A stretch of DNA of 64,000 nucleotides, from contig OX597841.1 in assembly GCA_951406725.2 (NCBI GenBank), positions 11,656,001 to 11,720,000 of the forward strand, given 5' to 3'. The position numbers and the translations under genes are program-made. The first letter of the stretch is position 1; the number at the start of each line of letters is the position of its first letter. The notes beneath the pieces were generated by a model. That model made no database searches, was not told where the DNA came from, and saw only the letters and a program-made list of their open reading frames with translations. This DNA is from Octopus vulgaris. Lineage: Eukaryota. This document shows, in pieces, positions 1 through 14,806 of this stretch.

Positions 1-297
1 AGGTACGCGTACGTATGTGTATAAATGTGAATGTATGTAGATGTATGTATGTATGAATATAACGCGTGCGTGCGTGTATGTGTATGAGTGTACGAATGAG
101 TGAGTGTGCGTGCTAATGAGTGCTTGTGTTCAAGTAGAAAGATAAATGGACTTGCTGTCGTAGCCAAGATGCCTGTGACCCGAGGTCAAAGATAACAAAA
201 GTAATAAATGAAGATAATAATAAAATTAAAATTAGGGAATGGGTTTGTATTTGTATGTATATGTGTGTATGTGTAGGTATGTATAGGTACACATATG

Positions 298-348
<51 letters not shown>

Positions 349-515
349 ATATATGTGTATATAGGGACTTGTGTGTGCATGTGTGTATGTGGATATGTGT
401 GTGTATGTGTGTATGTGTATGTGTGTGTATGTATATATTTTTGTGTGTATATGTATGTGTGGTCATGTGTGTATATATACATGTGTGTGTGTGTATGTAT
501 GTGTGCATATATATG

Positions 516-568
<53 letters not shown>

Positions 569-880
569 GTGTGTGTATATGTATATGTATATATATGTGT
601 GTGTGTGTGTATGTGTGTATGTATATGTGTGTGTGTGTGTGTATATATATACATATGTGTATATGTATAAGTGAGAATCTCCTTATTTACCTAAAACTCT
701 ATTCTTCTATATATTTTTTTATTCTTTTATTTATTCATCTTTTATCTAATTTACCATTGACTCCTTGACCACTCCCCCAAGTATGATATTTTTGCGCTAT
801 GCCTACCCCCAAAAAGTCCCCCACCACCACCCCTTTAAACCTGCCTAAATGTATAAATGCCAATACAATTCTTGTTAACT

Positions 881-931
881 AGCTTCCTGATGATTTCTCT
901 TGAATGAAACAGTTCTAGTCCTGTAGAAGCT
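881..931 (+). ncRNA. Type I hammerhead ribozyme motif (Penelope-like element associated)
   Basis: AGCTTC-CTGATGA-t TTC tctt GAA t-GAAA-CAG ttctagtc CTG-TA-GAAGCT; 6-bp stem I, intact core, GUA cleavage triplet. Confidence 0.75.
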
Positions 932-1014
932 CCTTCTATATAATAAATTAATTTTACTCTGCTATGTATTGAGTACCTTATTTACTGTGGTTAACCCCGA
1001 ATCAACGCGGGACC

Positions 1015-1136
<122 letters not shown>

Positions 1137-1752
1137 TAAATTAGAGATAAAAGCACTATTAGGCAAATCAAACAGAGTAAAAAATAAACCAAGACAAATA
1201 AAAATAATATAATATACAAAATATATAAAATATAAAATATATAAAAAATTGCTTGGCCGCAATTTAATGACTGCAGGATCCAGTAAAAGATCAACATACA
1301 CATACAAGTAAATATATTTACATGGTTATGTTCACACATTTGTTAATATACGTGTGTATATATATATCTTTTCTCTCGTTTACTTGTTTCAGTCTTTTGA
1401 CTGCGGCCATGCTGGAGCACCACCTTCAAGTAGAGTAAATCGACCCCAGGACTTATTCTTTGTAAGCCTAGTACTTATTCTATCAGTCTCTTTTGCTGAA
1501 CCGCTAAGTTACGGTGACATAAACACACCAGCATTGGTTGTCAAGCAATGGTGGGGCGACAAACATATACACACATACATATATATACATATATACGACG
1601 GGCTTCTTCCAGTTTCCGTCTACCAAATTCACTCACAAAGCTTTGGTCGGCCCGAGGCTATAGTAGAAGACACTTGCCCAAGGTGCCACGCAGTGGGACT
1701 GAACACAGAACCATGTGGTTGGTAAGCAATCTACTGACCAAACAGCCACTTC

Positions 1753-1821
<69 letters not shown>

Positions 1822-1984
1822 ATATATGCATATGTATGTGTGATGGACTCTCCAATTGAAAACAACATACGAGCATCCATCTTTTGCCCAAAGGTTTGCA
1901 GAAACAATTCCTTTACAGTGATGAAATGTTCATGCTATACTTTCACTCACTCTACCCATCAAATACATGTGCGTGTGTGTGCAT

Positions 1985-2018
<34 letters not shown>

Positions 2019-2160
2019 ATATACATATACATACATATACATACATATACATATATATACATATATATACATATATATACATATATATACATATATATAC
2101 ATATACATATATATACATATATATACATATACATATATATACATATATATACATATATAT

Positions 2161-3180
2161 ACGATCACAAGTTATGCAGATGATACAAAAGTTTCACAGG
2201 CAATACAGAACCCTGAGGACACTAAACGCCTGCAATGTGAGCTGGACAAAATATACAAGTGGGCTGAAAAGAATAGCATGCAGTTCAATGCTGAAAAGTT
2301 TCAAGCTTTATACTATCAGCATGCAAAACTAAATGCAATACCCAATGAATACACTGGACCCGGAGGAATAGCAATCCCAGAGGCACAATCAGTGCGTGAC
2401 CTGGGTATTTACATGGGTGACGACGCAACCTTTCGTGTACATGTTGCTAAATTGGCAATAAAATATAGACGGCTGGCTGGATGGATTCTCAGAACCTTTA
2501 TAACAAGAAAACAAGAAACCATGATGATCCTCTGGAGGACACTTGTCCTAAGCCACTTTGACTACTGCTCTCAGTTATGGTCACCATCCAGTGTCAAGTT
2601 GATCACAGAGCTCGAGGCGATCCAACGCAGCTACACGAAGAAGATAGCCTCTATGCAGAATGTAAGCTACTGGGAAAGACTCAAGAGATTAAAACTATAT
2701 TCCTTGAAGCGTAGGCGGGAAAGATATGCCATAATATACATCTGGAAGATCCTGGAGGGACGTGTCCTAAACTTTGGCATCGAGAGTTACGCAAATGCCA
2801 GAACTGGGCGCCACTGCGTGGTGCCTAGGACTCCAAATTTGCCATCAAGATGTAGGACAAGATTCTGTGATAGCCTGGGCTTCCGTGGCCCACAGCTCTT
2901 CAATATCCTCCCGAAGAACCTGAGAGACCTGCATGGGGTGGATGCAGATGTCTTTAAAATGAAACTGGATCTCTTCCTGTCAGGTGTCCCAGATGAACCA
3001 ACTTCACGGCAGGAGGTGCAGATGAGGGCAGCTGCATCGAACTCTCTCATGCACCAAATGGCAGTTGCTAAAAAGCTTTCGTGAAGTAAAACCAAGTAGC
3101 AACACCAAATGGCAGTGCCCCAGCATGTCCACAGCTCATAAGCTGAAACTAGAATCAATCAATCAATCAATCAATCAATC
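2161..3180 (+). mobile_element. 5'-truncated CR1-group LINE (RT C-terminus, 3' tail, (ATCA)n)
   Basis: [60 protein letters not shown]. Confidence 0.9.
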
Positions 3181-3196
3181 ATACATATAGATATAC

Positions 3197-3239
<43 letters not shown>

Positions 3240-3654
3240 TTGTGTCTGGGGAGAGTGATTGCGTCAAGACTATTGAAAAGGTTGCAAGACGCAAGGAAAA
3301 TTTTAGAAAATAAAAATAAGAAATAAGTGGAAATTTTACCGGTGAGTGTGTTAAATAATAAGGCACTAAAAGTGAATGACTCTCCCCAGACACAACAGAA
3401 TGTGCTTCAACACACGAACTCACATAAAGAATTTTGCAAACCAAATCCAAAATCGAAATATATATATACACACACATATATATACATACATACATATGTG
3501 TGTGTGCGTATATATATATAAATAAATAATACATATATATATATATATGTATACATATACATAATACGCGTGTGTGTGTGTGTGTGTTTATATTTATATA
3601 TATATATATATATAAATAATACGCACACACACATATATATATACATATATATAA

Positions 3655-4040
3655 ATTTTGTCATTGAAAGCTACACCAATGCCAGAACAGGACGACACTG
3701 CATAGTGCCAAAGATCCCAGCAATGCCATCGCACTTCGGGACCAGTTACTGCAACAGTCTGGATTTCAGGGGCCCACAGCTTTTTAATATTCTCCTAAAG
3801 AACCTGAAGAACTTGCACAAAGTAAATGTAGGAGATTTTAAATCAAAGCTGGACCTCTTCCTGTTGAGAGTCTCAGATGAACCTCCCTCACGTCAAGAGG
3901 TGTAAATAAGGGTGGCTACATCAAACTCCATTCTTTACCAAGTGCCACATATTGGAGGAGGCACTCAGTAATAACAGTGTAGCAAAACGGCAGTCGCTCC
4001 AGCATGGCCGCAGCTCTGAGCTGAAACTACAGAAATAAAA
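3655..4040 (+). mobile_element. CR1-group LINE 3' fragment
   Basis: [30 protein letters not shown] plus the same 3' stem-loop tail. Confidence 0.85.
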
Positions 4041-4101
4041 TATATATAATACGTATGTGGATGTTTTTATATTTACATATATATATATAAATAATACATG
4101 C

Positions 4102-4141
<40 letters not shown>

Positions 4142-5771
4142 CAACATCATCATCGTTTAACGTCCGTTTTCCGTGCTAGCACGGGTTATATATATATAGT
4201 GCATACATACATATATTGAATGTATACCAAATAATTGTCACATATTACATTTACCGATATATATATATATATTTATATACATACAAAAAAAAACATACAT
4301 GTATACTACATACGTATGTGACGGTGGCACGTAAAATGCATCATTCAAGCATGCTTGATGCCAGCACTGCCTCAGTGGCCCTGATGCCTGTGGCACATAA
4401 AAAGCACCAACTTCACTCTCGGAGTGGTTGGCATTAGGAATGGTATCCAACTGCAGAAACTTTGCCAGATGAGATTGGGGCCTGGTGCAGCCTTCTGGTT
4501 TGCCAGCCCTCAGTCAAACCGTCCAATTCATGCCAGCATGGAAGCAGACGTTAAAGACGACGACGATGATGATGATACATATATGTCTATATGTATGTAT
4601 GTATTTGTAGCCCTCTTAGACATGCCAGTGGCCCCTCAGACAGCCATAGTTACCAGCTATGCTAACGATACAAAATTATCAGAGGCAATAAAAAAATCAA
4701 AGATGACATCGCAAGATTACAGCTGGGGCAAACGACTGAGAAAAGCTGCAAGACCATGATGGTGCTCCAGCATGACCACAGCTACATGTGTAAAGAAACG
4801 TGTAAAAGAATAATATATCTGTGCGTGTGTGTATTATGAAACCGTATCAAAACTTTCCTGACTCATTGATTCACACAGCACAAATTATCGACTCATAAGG
4901 CCGGTTTCCCTTATTCTGTCATGTATATATTTCCCCCAATGAAGAGGAAGGTGGGCCATCGTTGGATTCCTTGATTTTACTAGCCGAATAAATTGGGGGA
5001 AGTGGAATGAAGAGTGTTGCTCAAGAAAACAATCTATCACCCAATCCAGGAATTGAAATCTTAATCTTAGTATCATGAGTGCAACACACTAAAAATGTGC
5101 ATCCACACACTTGCACAGACACACATACACAAACACACATGTACAGGGGTATAAATATACACAAGTATACACCCTTATATATACATATATAATTAAACAT
5201 ATATATATATATACACATAAATACATACACACACACAGTTACAGTAAATATATATATGCATATACATACATATATATACACACACACATATATATATATA
5301 CAAATATATATATATGTGTATATATATATATATATACATGCACAGTAATACTTTTCTAGTAAAAATTTTCCCACGCTATTTGGTTGAGAATCCAACAAAA
5401 GCTTTCTAAGAAAGTGTTTTATGAGAATGCTTACCCAAGTGTAAATAACAAGAATTGACAGTTTTTACTTCGCATTCATCAAACCTATTTGAGTTTTGGG
5501 ATTTCTAAACATATACATTCATACACCCATTTATATACACCCGCCTACAAACATTTTTGTGTATATGTATCATTCTTTACTTTTTTAAGACTGTGGCCGT
5601 GCTGGGGCACCACCCAACTTATCAACCTAAGGACTTAATATTATAAAGCTTGGGACTTATTCTAAGGGTTTCTTTTAACAAACCATTAATTTATGGGGAC
5701 ATAAACACACACTCACCAGATGGCAACTGTTGGGATTGGGGAACAGACAGAGACACAGATATACACACACC

Positions 5772-6090
5772 ATTTCCTTGGTGAGACCTAAAGTTCAAAG
5801 GTCGTGCTTCACCACCTCGTCCCAGGTTTTCATGGGTCTACCTCTTCCACAGGTTCCCTTAACCACTAGGGTGTGGCACTTTTTCACACAACTATCTTCA
5901 GCCATTCTCGTCACATGACCATACCAGCGCAAACGTCTCTCCTGCACACCACAACTGATGCTTCTTAGGTCCAACTTTTCTCTCAAGGTACTTACACTCT
6001 GTCGAGTATGAACACTGACATTACACATCCATCAGAGCATACTGGCTTCATTTCTTGCGAGCTTACGCATATCCTCAGCAGTCACAGCCC
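5772..6090 (-). mobile_element. RTE LINE 3' ORF fragment
   Basis: RRLRWYGHV.RM..CVKK..G..GRGRP.KTW. Confidence 0.85.
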
Positions 6091-6525
6091 ATATATATAT
6101 ATATATATATATATATTTCTTTACTACCCACAAGGGGCTAAACATAGAGGCGACAAACAAGGACAGACAAAGGGATTAAGTCGATTACATCAACCCAGTG
6201 CGAAACTGGTACTTTATTTATCGACCCCAAGAGGATGAAAGGCAAAGTCGACTTCGGTGGAATATGAACTCAGAACGTAACGACAGACGAAATACGGCTA
6301 CTTATTTCGCGTGGCGAGCTAACGTTTCTGCCAACTCGCGACCTATATATATATATATATATATGGCGTTAGGAAGGGTTGGCGTTAGGAAGGGTTGGCG
6401 TTAGGAAGGGCATCCAGCCGTAGAAACACTGCCAAATCTGACTGGGCCTGATGAAGCCTTCCGGCTTCACAGACCCCAGTTAAACCGTCCAACACATGCT
6501 AGCATGGAAAACGGACGCTAAATGA

Positions 6526-6629
<104 letters not shown>

Positions 6630-7023
6630 ACACATATGCACACATTTATAAGGCGGGCTTCTTTCTGTTTTCATTTACAAAATCCAAACAAGGGTTTAAT
6701 CACCCTGTGGCTGTAGTGGAAGACACTTGCTGAAGGTGCCACACAATGGGACTGAACCCAGAACCATGTGGTTGGGAAGCACATTTCTTACCACACACAC
6801 AACCTTAATCGTAGTATCATGAGTGCAACACACTAAAAATGTGCATCCACACACTCGCACAGACACACATACACAAACGCACATGTACATGGGTATAAAT
6901 ATACACTAGTATACACCCTTATATATACATATATAATTAAACATACATATATACACATAAATACATACACACACACATACAGTTACATTAAATATATATA
7001 TGCATATACATACACACACACAC

Positions 7024-7056
<33 letters not shown>

Positions 7057-7072
7057 TATATATATAAATATT

Positions 7073-7133
<61 letters not shown>

Positions 7134-7560
7134 TTATTGCACATAGAAAAAGGCTATTTATGACAGGTAGCAACAAATATATACATTTAGATTGACTGAG
7201 GTATTAATACGAGTCATAAAGGTCATTATTATGAGATGATTATAAGATGATAATAAAGAGAACAAAACGAACCAATATATATATATACATATATATAAAT
7301 ATATACGTATATACATATATATATGTATTCATGTATGTGTGTGTCACTATTTGCCCTCCCATCCTCCCACAAACGGTTGACAACCGATGTTGGTGTATTT
7401 ACATCCCCACACTTAGCAGTTCACCAAGAGAAACCGATAGAACAAGTCCTTGGCTTACAAAGAATATGTCCTGGGGTCGATCTCTCTGAACCTTTAAGTC
7501 AGTGCTCCAGCGTGGCCACATTCAGAAGATTGAAACAAGTAATAGAATAAAATTATACAT

Positions 7561-7950
7561 AGGTGTAGGAGTGGCCGTGTGGTAAGTAACTTGTTTACCA
7601 GCCACATGGTTCCGGGTTCAGTCCCACTGCGTGGCACCTTGGGCAAGTGTCTTCTACTATAGCCTCAGGCCGACCAAAGCATTGTGAGTGGATTTGGTAG
7701 ACGGAAACTGAAAGAAGCTTGTCGTATATATGTATATATATATGTGTGTGTGTGTGTGTGTATGTTTGTGTTTGTGTGTGTGTGTGTCCCCAACATCACT
7801 TGACAACCGATGCTGGTGTGATTACGTAACTTAGCGGCTCGGCAAAACAGACCGATAGAATAAGTACTCGGCTTACAAAGAAAAAGTCCTGGTGTCGATT
7901 TGCTCCAGCGTGGACAGTCAAATGATTGAAACAAGTAAAAGAGTAAAGAA
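7561..7950 (+). mobile_element. tRNA-derived CORE-like SINE (family A), representative copy; others at about 1370-1755, 9200-9560, 38270-38648, 45240-45600, 48975-49397, 51845-52260
   Basis: A box TGGCYGTGTGG, B box GGTTCAGTCCC, CORE-like caccttgggcaagtg, internal TA/TG microsatellite, CR1-group-like tail. Confidence 0.85.
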
Positions 7951-8075
7951 TATACAAACAGGTGTGTGTGTGTGTATATATCCATGTATAAACATACATA
8001 TGGATAAATACATATATATGTGTGTGTATATATAGATATACATGTGTGTATGTATGGGTGTATATATGTAAGGAA

Positions 8076-8125
<50 letters not shown>

Positions 8126-8270
8126 CTACACACACATACGCATACATATATACACATAAACATATGCATACATGCACACACACACACACTCACATACATT
8201 CATTGATATTATGCCTTTGGCTGATCAGAAAATTGTGATCCTTTTGTTAGCAGAAAATTGAAGAAAACCC

Positions 8271-8332
<62 letters not shown>

Positions 8333-8381
8333 CATATATATATACACACGAATATATATACATATATGTATATATATATAT

Positions 8382-8476
<95 letters not shown>

Positions 8477-8589
8477 TTAAGGATTTTGCAGACTTCGAAA
8501 CATATGTCGAAAATAAAATAAACGAATTTTGTTAAATCTTCGTTCAGCTCCATTCTTTCCTATACTTATATATATATATATATACATAC

Positions 8590-8677
<88 letters not shown>

Positions 8678-8680
<3 letters not shown>

Positions 8681-9167
8681 AAAGTTGGTTTGTGAAAGCA
8701 CGTGGGTGAATATATAGGAAAAAGTAAAGAGTGAAAAAACTACAGAAGGCTTAAATGTTAAAAAATATATATATTTGCATCAATATGTCTGAAGAATATT
8801 AGAAAATTAAAAAAAAATTTTTTTGTCTTATAATGACATAATTTAAAAGAAAGACCGGTTTCGCATGTAGCTTTTTCAATTTCTTGCGACGTTATGTTTA
8901 TGTTGAATAGAGTTTTCGTTATTTAGAACTTCCCTTATTTAGAACTCTCCTGAACATAAATGAAAACTCTATTCAACATAAACATAACGTCGCAAGAAAC
9001 TTAAAAAGCTACATGCGAAACCGGTCTTTCTTTTAAATTATGTCATTATAAGAGAAAAAATTTTTTTTTAATTTTCTAATATTCTTGAGACATATTGACG
9101 CAAATATATATATTTTTTAACATTTAAGCCTTCTGTAGTTTTTTCACTCTTTACTTTTTCCTATATA
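8678..9167. repeat. Fold-back inverted repeat (arms about 8711-8917 and 8962-9167), Penelope-like
   Basis: Arms are near-perfect reverse complements, (TA)n flanks, extension on one side; degenerate hammerhead-like ttgaaaaagc..gcGAAACcgGTC. Confidence 0.85.
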
Positions 9168-9658
9168 TATATTTATATATATATCTTTTATTTATTAATT
9201 TGTTTTTGTCATTTGTCTGCTGCCATGCTGGAGCACCGCCTTTAGTAAGACTAGTGCTTATTCTATAGGTCTCTTTTGCCGAACCGCTAGGTTACGGCGA
9301 CGTAAACACACCAGCTTCGGTTGTCAAACGATGTTGGTGGGGACACAGACACACAAACATACACATACATACATGTATATATATATATATATATACACAT
9401 ATATATGATGGGTTTCTTTCAGTTTCCGTCTACAAAATTGACTCACAAGCCTTTTATCAGCCCGAGGCTATAGTAGAAGACACTTACCCAAGTTGCCATG
9501 CAGGGGGACTGAACCCGGAACCATGTGGTTGGTAAGGAAGCTACTTACCACACAGCCACTCTTGTGCCTATAAAATGAAAAGACACACGAAATACCATTA
9601 AACATTTTGGCCGGCATGCAAACGATTTTGCCAGCTCGTATATATATATACATATATT

Positions 9659-9723
<65 letters not shown>

Positions 9724-9756
9724 TGTGTGTGTGAGTGTGTGTCTATGTATGTATAT

Positions 9757-9954
9757 CAGTAGTTCCCAATGCTTCTGCACTTGCGACCCCTTAGCCAAAA
9801 GCTTGAAGCCCATGCGACCCCTGACTATCAACAGCTTGATTTACATTTTAATTATTTAACACTATCCCAAGCAACTTCCAGCAAGGCTACGTGACCCTGT
9901 TACCAAGGTTTGACGACGCCTCAGCGGTCGGCAAGGACGGGTTGGGAACCCCTG
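9757..9954. mobile_element. hAT-type MITE
   Basis: Termini CAGTAGTTCCCAA / TTGGGAACCCCTG; internal gcgaccc motifs. Confidence 0.65.
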
Positions 9955-10009
9955 ATATATATATATATATATAAATTAATCAAAATAAAAACATGATGCC
10001 AAGGATTCA

Positions 10010-10087
10010 GCGGTACATATGTTTCGGGCCTTTATTAGACTGACTTATAACAATGCATAATGTGTGTCTATGGCCTTCTTCAGCCGC
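10010..10087 (-). ncRNA. Minimal type I hammerhead ribozyme (left arm of inverted repeat)
   Basis: Reverse complement of the 10866-10943 motif. Confidence 0.7.
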
Positions 10088-10865
10088 GCACAATTACTAC
10101 TTGAAGGACATGTATTACATCATAGATTCTACGTTGGGGATGCAAATCCTCTCAGTCGCATACGACATAGTGGGGCACCAGCACAAAAATGAAGCGTCCA
10201 TCTCGTGTTTCACTCAATGTAGAATGAGGAAGCTTGGATGTTGAGGTAATATAAATAAATAAGCGAGTAAATAAATATATAAATACACACAGACGTGAAA
10301 GAATAGGGATAAATGTAGAGGGGTGAGAATTAAGGACGAAGGCTAGAGGAATATAAAAAAATATACAAAGATAAAAAAGTAAAAAAGTATAAACGTAGTA
10401 ATATAAAATATAAATATATAAAAGAATATATTCTTTTATATATTTATATTTTTACATCCCTTTATATCTTTTTATATCTTTTATATATTTTGTTATATAT
10501 TTTTTAATTTCTATGTTCTTTTATAATTTTTATATTTCTTTATATATTTATATTTTATATTACTACGTTTATACATTTTTATCTTTGTATATTTTTTTAT
10601 ATTCCTCTAACCTTCCTCCTTAATTCTCACCCCTCTACATTTATCCCTATTCTTTCACGTCTGTGTGTATTTATATATTTATTTACTCGCTTATTTATTT
10701 ATATTACCTCAACATCCAAGCTTCCTCATTCTACATTGAGTGAAAGACGAGATGGACACTTCATTTTTGTGCTGGTGCCCCACTATGTCGTACGCGACTG
10801 AGAGGATTTGCATCCCCAACGTAGAATCTATGATGTAATACATGTCCTTCAAGTAGTAATTGTGC

Positions 10866-10943
10866 GCGGCTGAAGAAGGCCATAGACACACATTATGCAT
10901 TGTTATAAGTCAGTCTAATAAAGGCCCGAAACATATGTACCGC
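10866..10943 (+). ncRNA. Minimal type I hammerhead ribozyme
   Basis: GCGG-CTGAAGA-a GGCC..GGCC c-GAAA-C ATAT G-TA-CCGC; palindromic stem III ACATATGT. Confidence 0.72.
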
Positions 10944-11071
10944 TGAATCCTTGGCATCATGTTTTTATTTTGATTAATTTACTCCACCACCTACACCACC
11001 TAATGGTATACACAGGTGCTTACATTTATCAAGTACTCACCCTGAATTTTTATATATATATATATATATAT

Positions 11072-11173
<102 letters not shown>

Positions 11174-11247
11174 CCTTCGAAACACGCATTGAGTCAAACC
11201 AGGGGCAGTTGATGAAGTGGAATTTTCCTTGTATTGTTTGTCCTGTA

Positions 11248-11286
<39 letters not shown>

Positions 11287-11430
11287 TTGTATATATACAT
11301 GTAGATGTAACTACGTACATATATGTATGTATATATGCATATATTTTATTTATTTATTCTATTGTTATTATATGACCGAACGCACGCGTCGTTTCTCTTC
11401 TCCAAGTTTTTATTTATATATATATATATT

Positions 11431-11469
<39 letters not shown>

Positions 11470-12334
11470 GTGCATGCACACATACATATACATGCATGCA
11501 GATACGTATACAAAAACCCCCCAAAATACTCATAAAGTGTTTGTGAAACCGTTGTGCAATTATGCAAGAGAAACCAGTTGCTCCCTCCATCCTCTTCGTT
11601 AATTGTAATATAAACTCTTCCGATATTTACGTTTCTTCAAAGATATCATCATCAAAGCAATCCCTTTTCGCTGTGTAACAACCCTTTCCATTGTTTGCCC
11701 AAAGCTTGAAATTTTGGTGGAGGGGATTAATTGATTACACTGATCCCCAGTGTTTCTCTGGTACTTTATTTATCGATCCCCAAATGATGAAAGGCAAAAT
11801 TGACCTTTTTTTTCACTTTTTAAACTTTTTATGGGTTTCTACTTGGATATAATTAATGTAGCGTTAATAAGTTCACATAAAGAAATCTATGATTTAAACG
11901 GATTATTAAGATATATCCGAGCGAATCTCTGTCAACTTCTCACTTGGAATCTTTCAGTGTCCGAGTTGCAATTAGTGCCACTTCTCTCTCTCTCTCTCCT
12001 CTCTCACTTTCTCTCCCTCTCTCTCATTTTCGCTCAGTTTAGAGATGTTCCCCTTTACCTCATATATTTATTCAGTTATCCAATTGAGAAAAACAGAACA
12101 ATAATAATGATTTCTAGCATAGGTACAAGGCCTGAAATTTTGGTTTAGGGGTCTAGTTGGTATCATTGATCCCAGTACTTGATTGGTTACTATTTCGTCG
12201 ATCCAGAAAGGAGGAAAAGGCAAAGTTGACCTCGGCGGGATTTGAACTCAGAACGTAGAGATTCACTACATGTTGCTATGCAGTTTACATGGCGTGCTAA
12301 TGATTCTGCTAACTCCCCAATGATGTCCTCTTTT

Positions 12335-12815
12335 TCCCAGAGAATCAAATCCCATTTGCTCGCCACAAATCCTCTGTCAAAATCCAATATTGAACTTCCA
12401 ACAGCTACATTATCCCACTGGTAGAGGATCGCCAGGGCTTGACCATATTCCAGCTGTTTCGGCCTCCGATTGAGAGAAACTGGGGGGAAACAGCGACCAC
12501 ACATGTTCACCGTCAAGGAATCGATGGAGAGAGGTCGCAGCCTCAGTGCATACCTGTGTGTAATCAGCTACAGCTTGTCCAGTCGTTCATTGAGCAGGTG
12601 TTGACAGCAAATGCAGCGCTTGGCCAGTGGAATGCATCCGTCGCACAGAGAGCGGAATGGCAAGCGCTCCAGGTTGGTTAGACTTGAAATGAGGCGAGGC
12701 ACAACGGTCAGGCAGTAATATATGATGGAGCTAATGTAAGTGTTCGCCAAATCCGCCTGACCAGTTAAGGATTATTTTTTTTCTCTCAGCCGTTTTACTA
12801 GACTTCAAGGCACTT
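12335..12815 (-). mobile_element. Degenerate L1/Tx1-type ORF2 fragment
   Basis: ANTYISSIIYY.LTVVP..LERL.FR.L..G..P...R..CCQH; likely the same family as the 27-kb element. Confidence 0.65.
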
Positions 12816-12954
12816 GGCTACTGTTTCTAGCGCGGGTAGGTAGGAACCGATGGAGGGTACATGTGGCCTTGTTTCCCGGCCCTCAACATTTAGGAAAGGA
12901 ATAAACAAAAGAAGCCCCGGAATAACATGTTTGTTAAGAGATGGAAAGACAGTT

Positions 12955-13260
12955 TGTTTCAAAGCAGAGAAGCGTGGCATGCTGACCAAAGGAGCCTGCT
13001 TCCTCAAAGACAACAACTCAGTTCACAAAACACATGTTGCCCAGATGGAAGCACACTCCTCTGGCTATGAAATCCTTACTCTCCTGACCTCGCACCATCT
13101 GACTTCCACCTCTTTCCAACCATGAAATATTTTTTGAAGGGGAAGAAATTTTCAGATGACAAACTTATTTCTGGGGTAAAGCCTTGACTCTAGATGCAGC
13201 CTACCAACTTCTACAGATGAGGGATACAAACTGCATAAAAGAGACGGGAGAAGTATGACA
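12955..13260 (+). mobile_element. Mariner transposase relic
   Basis: FLKDNNSVH..YEIL / YSPDLAPSDFHLFP.MK..LKG.KF. Confidence 0.82.
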
Positions 13261-13269
13261 CCACTTCTG

Positions 13270-14190
13270 GAGGACAACTGAAGGTTCCTATGGGACAACC
13301 TGTTGCGGGCTACTGACCAGATTTGTGGCTGATGCAAAGGCCCACTTGACCTAAGGTGGCATGGTGGTGGAACAATGTAGTTGACAAGGCCATTAGGGAA
13401 AAGAAACAGGCATGGAAGGACTGGAAGTGTGGTGGAAGCAGGGAACTGTTCAGATCGCCAGAAGGGAAGCTAGGAGACAGGTTTACTAAGCCAGAAGGGA
13501 AGCAGGTAACAAAAAAAATTTGCTAATGTTCTTTCTTGTGTGGACCAGAGACTCAAAGTGTTTCATATTGCATGACAGTGTGTGAGAGAGAATTGTGATG
13601 TCAAAAGAGAGAAATGTGTCTGCATGGATGATGGGTCACTCCATTTAATGATGCTGCAAAGAGAGAGACTTGGAGATGCCACTATAAATGGTTCCTGAAT
13701 GGAAAAAAGTGTGCCAAATGTTGACCTAACAGAGGGATCAGCTATTCAAATTGACAGTACCTTGGTAGATAAAGCAATTAAGGGTATGGAAGCAGGGAAA
13801 GCTCCTGCCTCATTAGGAATCACTGCTGTGATGCTTAAAATATCTGGTGGTGTAGGCTGTAGTCTAGTCACATGTATAGTCAAGCAGGTGATGCGCAAAG
13901 GGGTCATACCCAATGACTGGTGTTGCAGCACCATAATCAATTGCTACAAAGGTAAAGGTGATGCATTAGACAAAACTAATTACAGAGGTATGAAATTGTT
14001 GGACCAGGTGATGAAAGCCACAGAGAGGGACATAGCCCAACTAAATAGGGAGTAAGTTAGTTTAGATGAGATGCAGTTTGGGTTTTTGCCAGGGAGAAGC
14101 ACTATTGATGCTATATTTCTGGTAAGACAGCTGTAGGAGAAATACCTAGTCAAAGATAGTCTCCATACATGGCATTCATTGACAAGGAGC
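13270..14190 (+). mobile_element. Degenerate RTE LINE (RT N-terminal region)
   Basis: WWWNN..KAIREKKQAWK; KAP..I..EML-like; IPNDW..YKGKGDALD..NYRG.KLL; QFGF.PGRST.DAIF with stops. Confidence 0.88.
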
Positions 14191-14706
14191 CATATATTTT
14201 TTTATTGAACTTAAAACATTTGACCCTTTAAATTAACTTTGGTACTCGCAGCTATCAGGTGACATTTTTTTCAGGGGTCCTTATGCCTCTGATCCATCTG
14301 TCCATAAGGGTATTCTTGGCCATTGAGGTGGTGGTAGGGTGTCTACCTGTTTTCAGTTGACTGGGCCAGAAACATGGATAATCTTGCGAAAACAAACTCA
14401 TAAAGCTAAAAAATAGGTTTATTGACTGAAATGACTAAATCTTTTTGAATAGAGAAACATCAAGTGGGTTTTATTTCAAACAATTGTTTTCGGGTTAGGT
14501 CATAAATATATCTGTATTTATGTATAAGTAAATGTGTACCCAAGCACATCTGCCCACAGACACACTCACTCTTACGTATGTTTTTACTTAGACATAAACA
14601 CAGGTGACATTGTAGCTGGCCTAAATCTCATGTTTTCAAATAAAACTCACCTGATTCTTCTATTCAGCAGGTATTAAATCCTTTCATTCAATAATGCACA
14701 ACAACC

Positions 14707-14806
14707 NNNNNNNNNNNNNNNNNNNNNNNNNNNNNNNNNNNNNNNNNNNNNNNNNNNNNNNNNNNNNNNNNNNNNNNNNNNNNNNNNNNNNNNNNNNNNN
14801 NNNNNN
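14707..14806. other. Assembly gap (100 N)
   Basis: Run of N. Confidence 0.99.

Larger units (their letters stand above)
9973..11050. repeat. Long inverted repeat (about 450-bp arms, 9973-10430 and about 10540-10980) with 3' extension, Penelope-like
   Basis: ORFs 10053+ and 10900- are near-identical mirror images; hammerhead in each arm; (TA)n flanks. Confidence 0.9.

Noticed and set aside
113-768. Many long YI/CV/HT, poly-M/D, poly-H/T and LS ORFs here and throughout the window
   Set aside because: Translations of di-, tri- and tetranucleotide microsatellites; no splice or domain support
1804-3084. 426-aa ORF as a host gene
   Set aside because: N-terminus is microsatellite read-through fused to a truncated LINE RT
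3237-3398. 24-bp inverted repeat pair suggesting a MITE
   Set aside because: No recognisable TSD or terminal motif; more likely a short fold-back of a retroelement fragment
10053-10900. 63-aa ORF present three times (MHNVCLW..)
   Set aside because: Antisense reading of the hammerhead-bearing repeat; no coding signature
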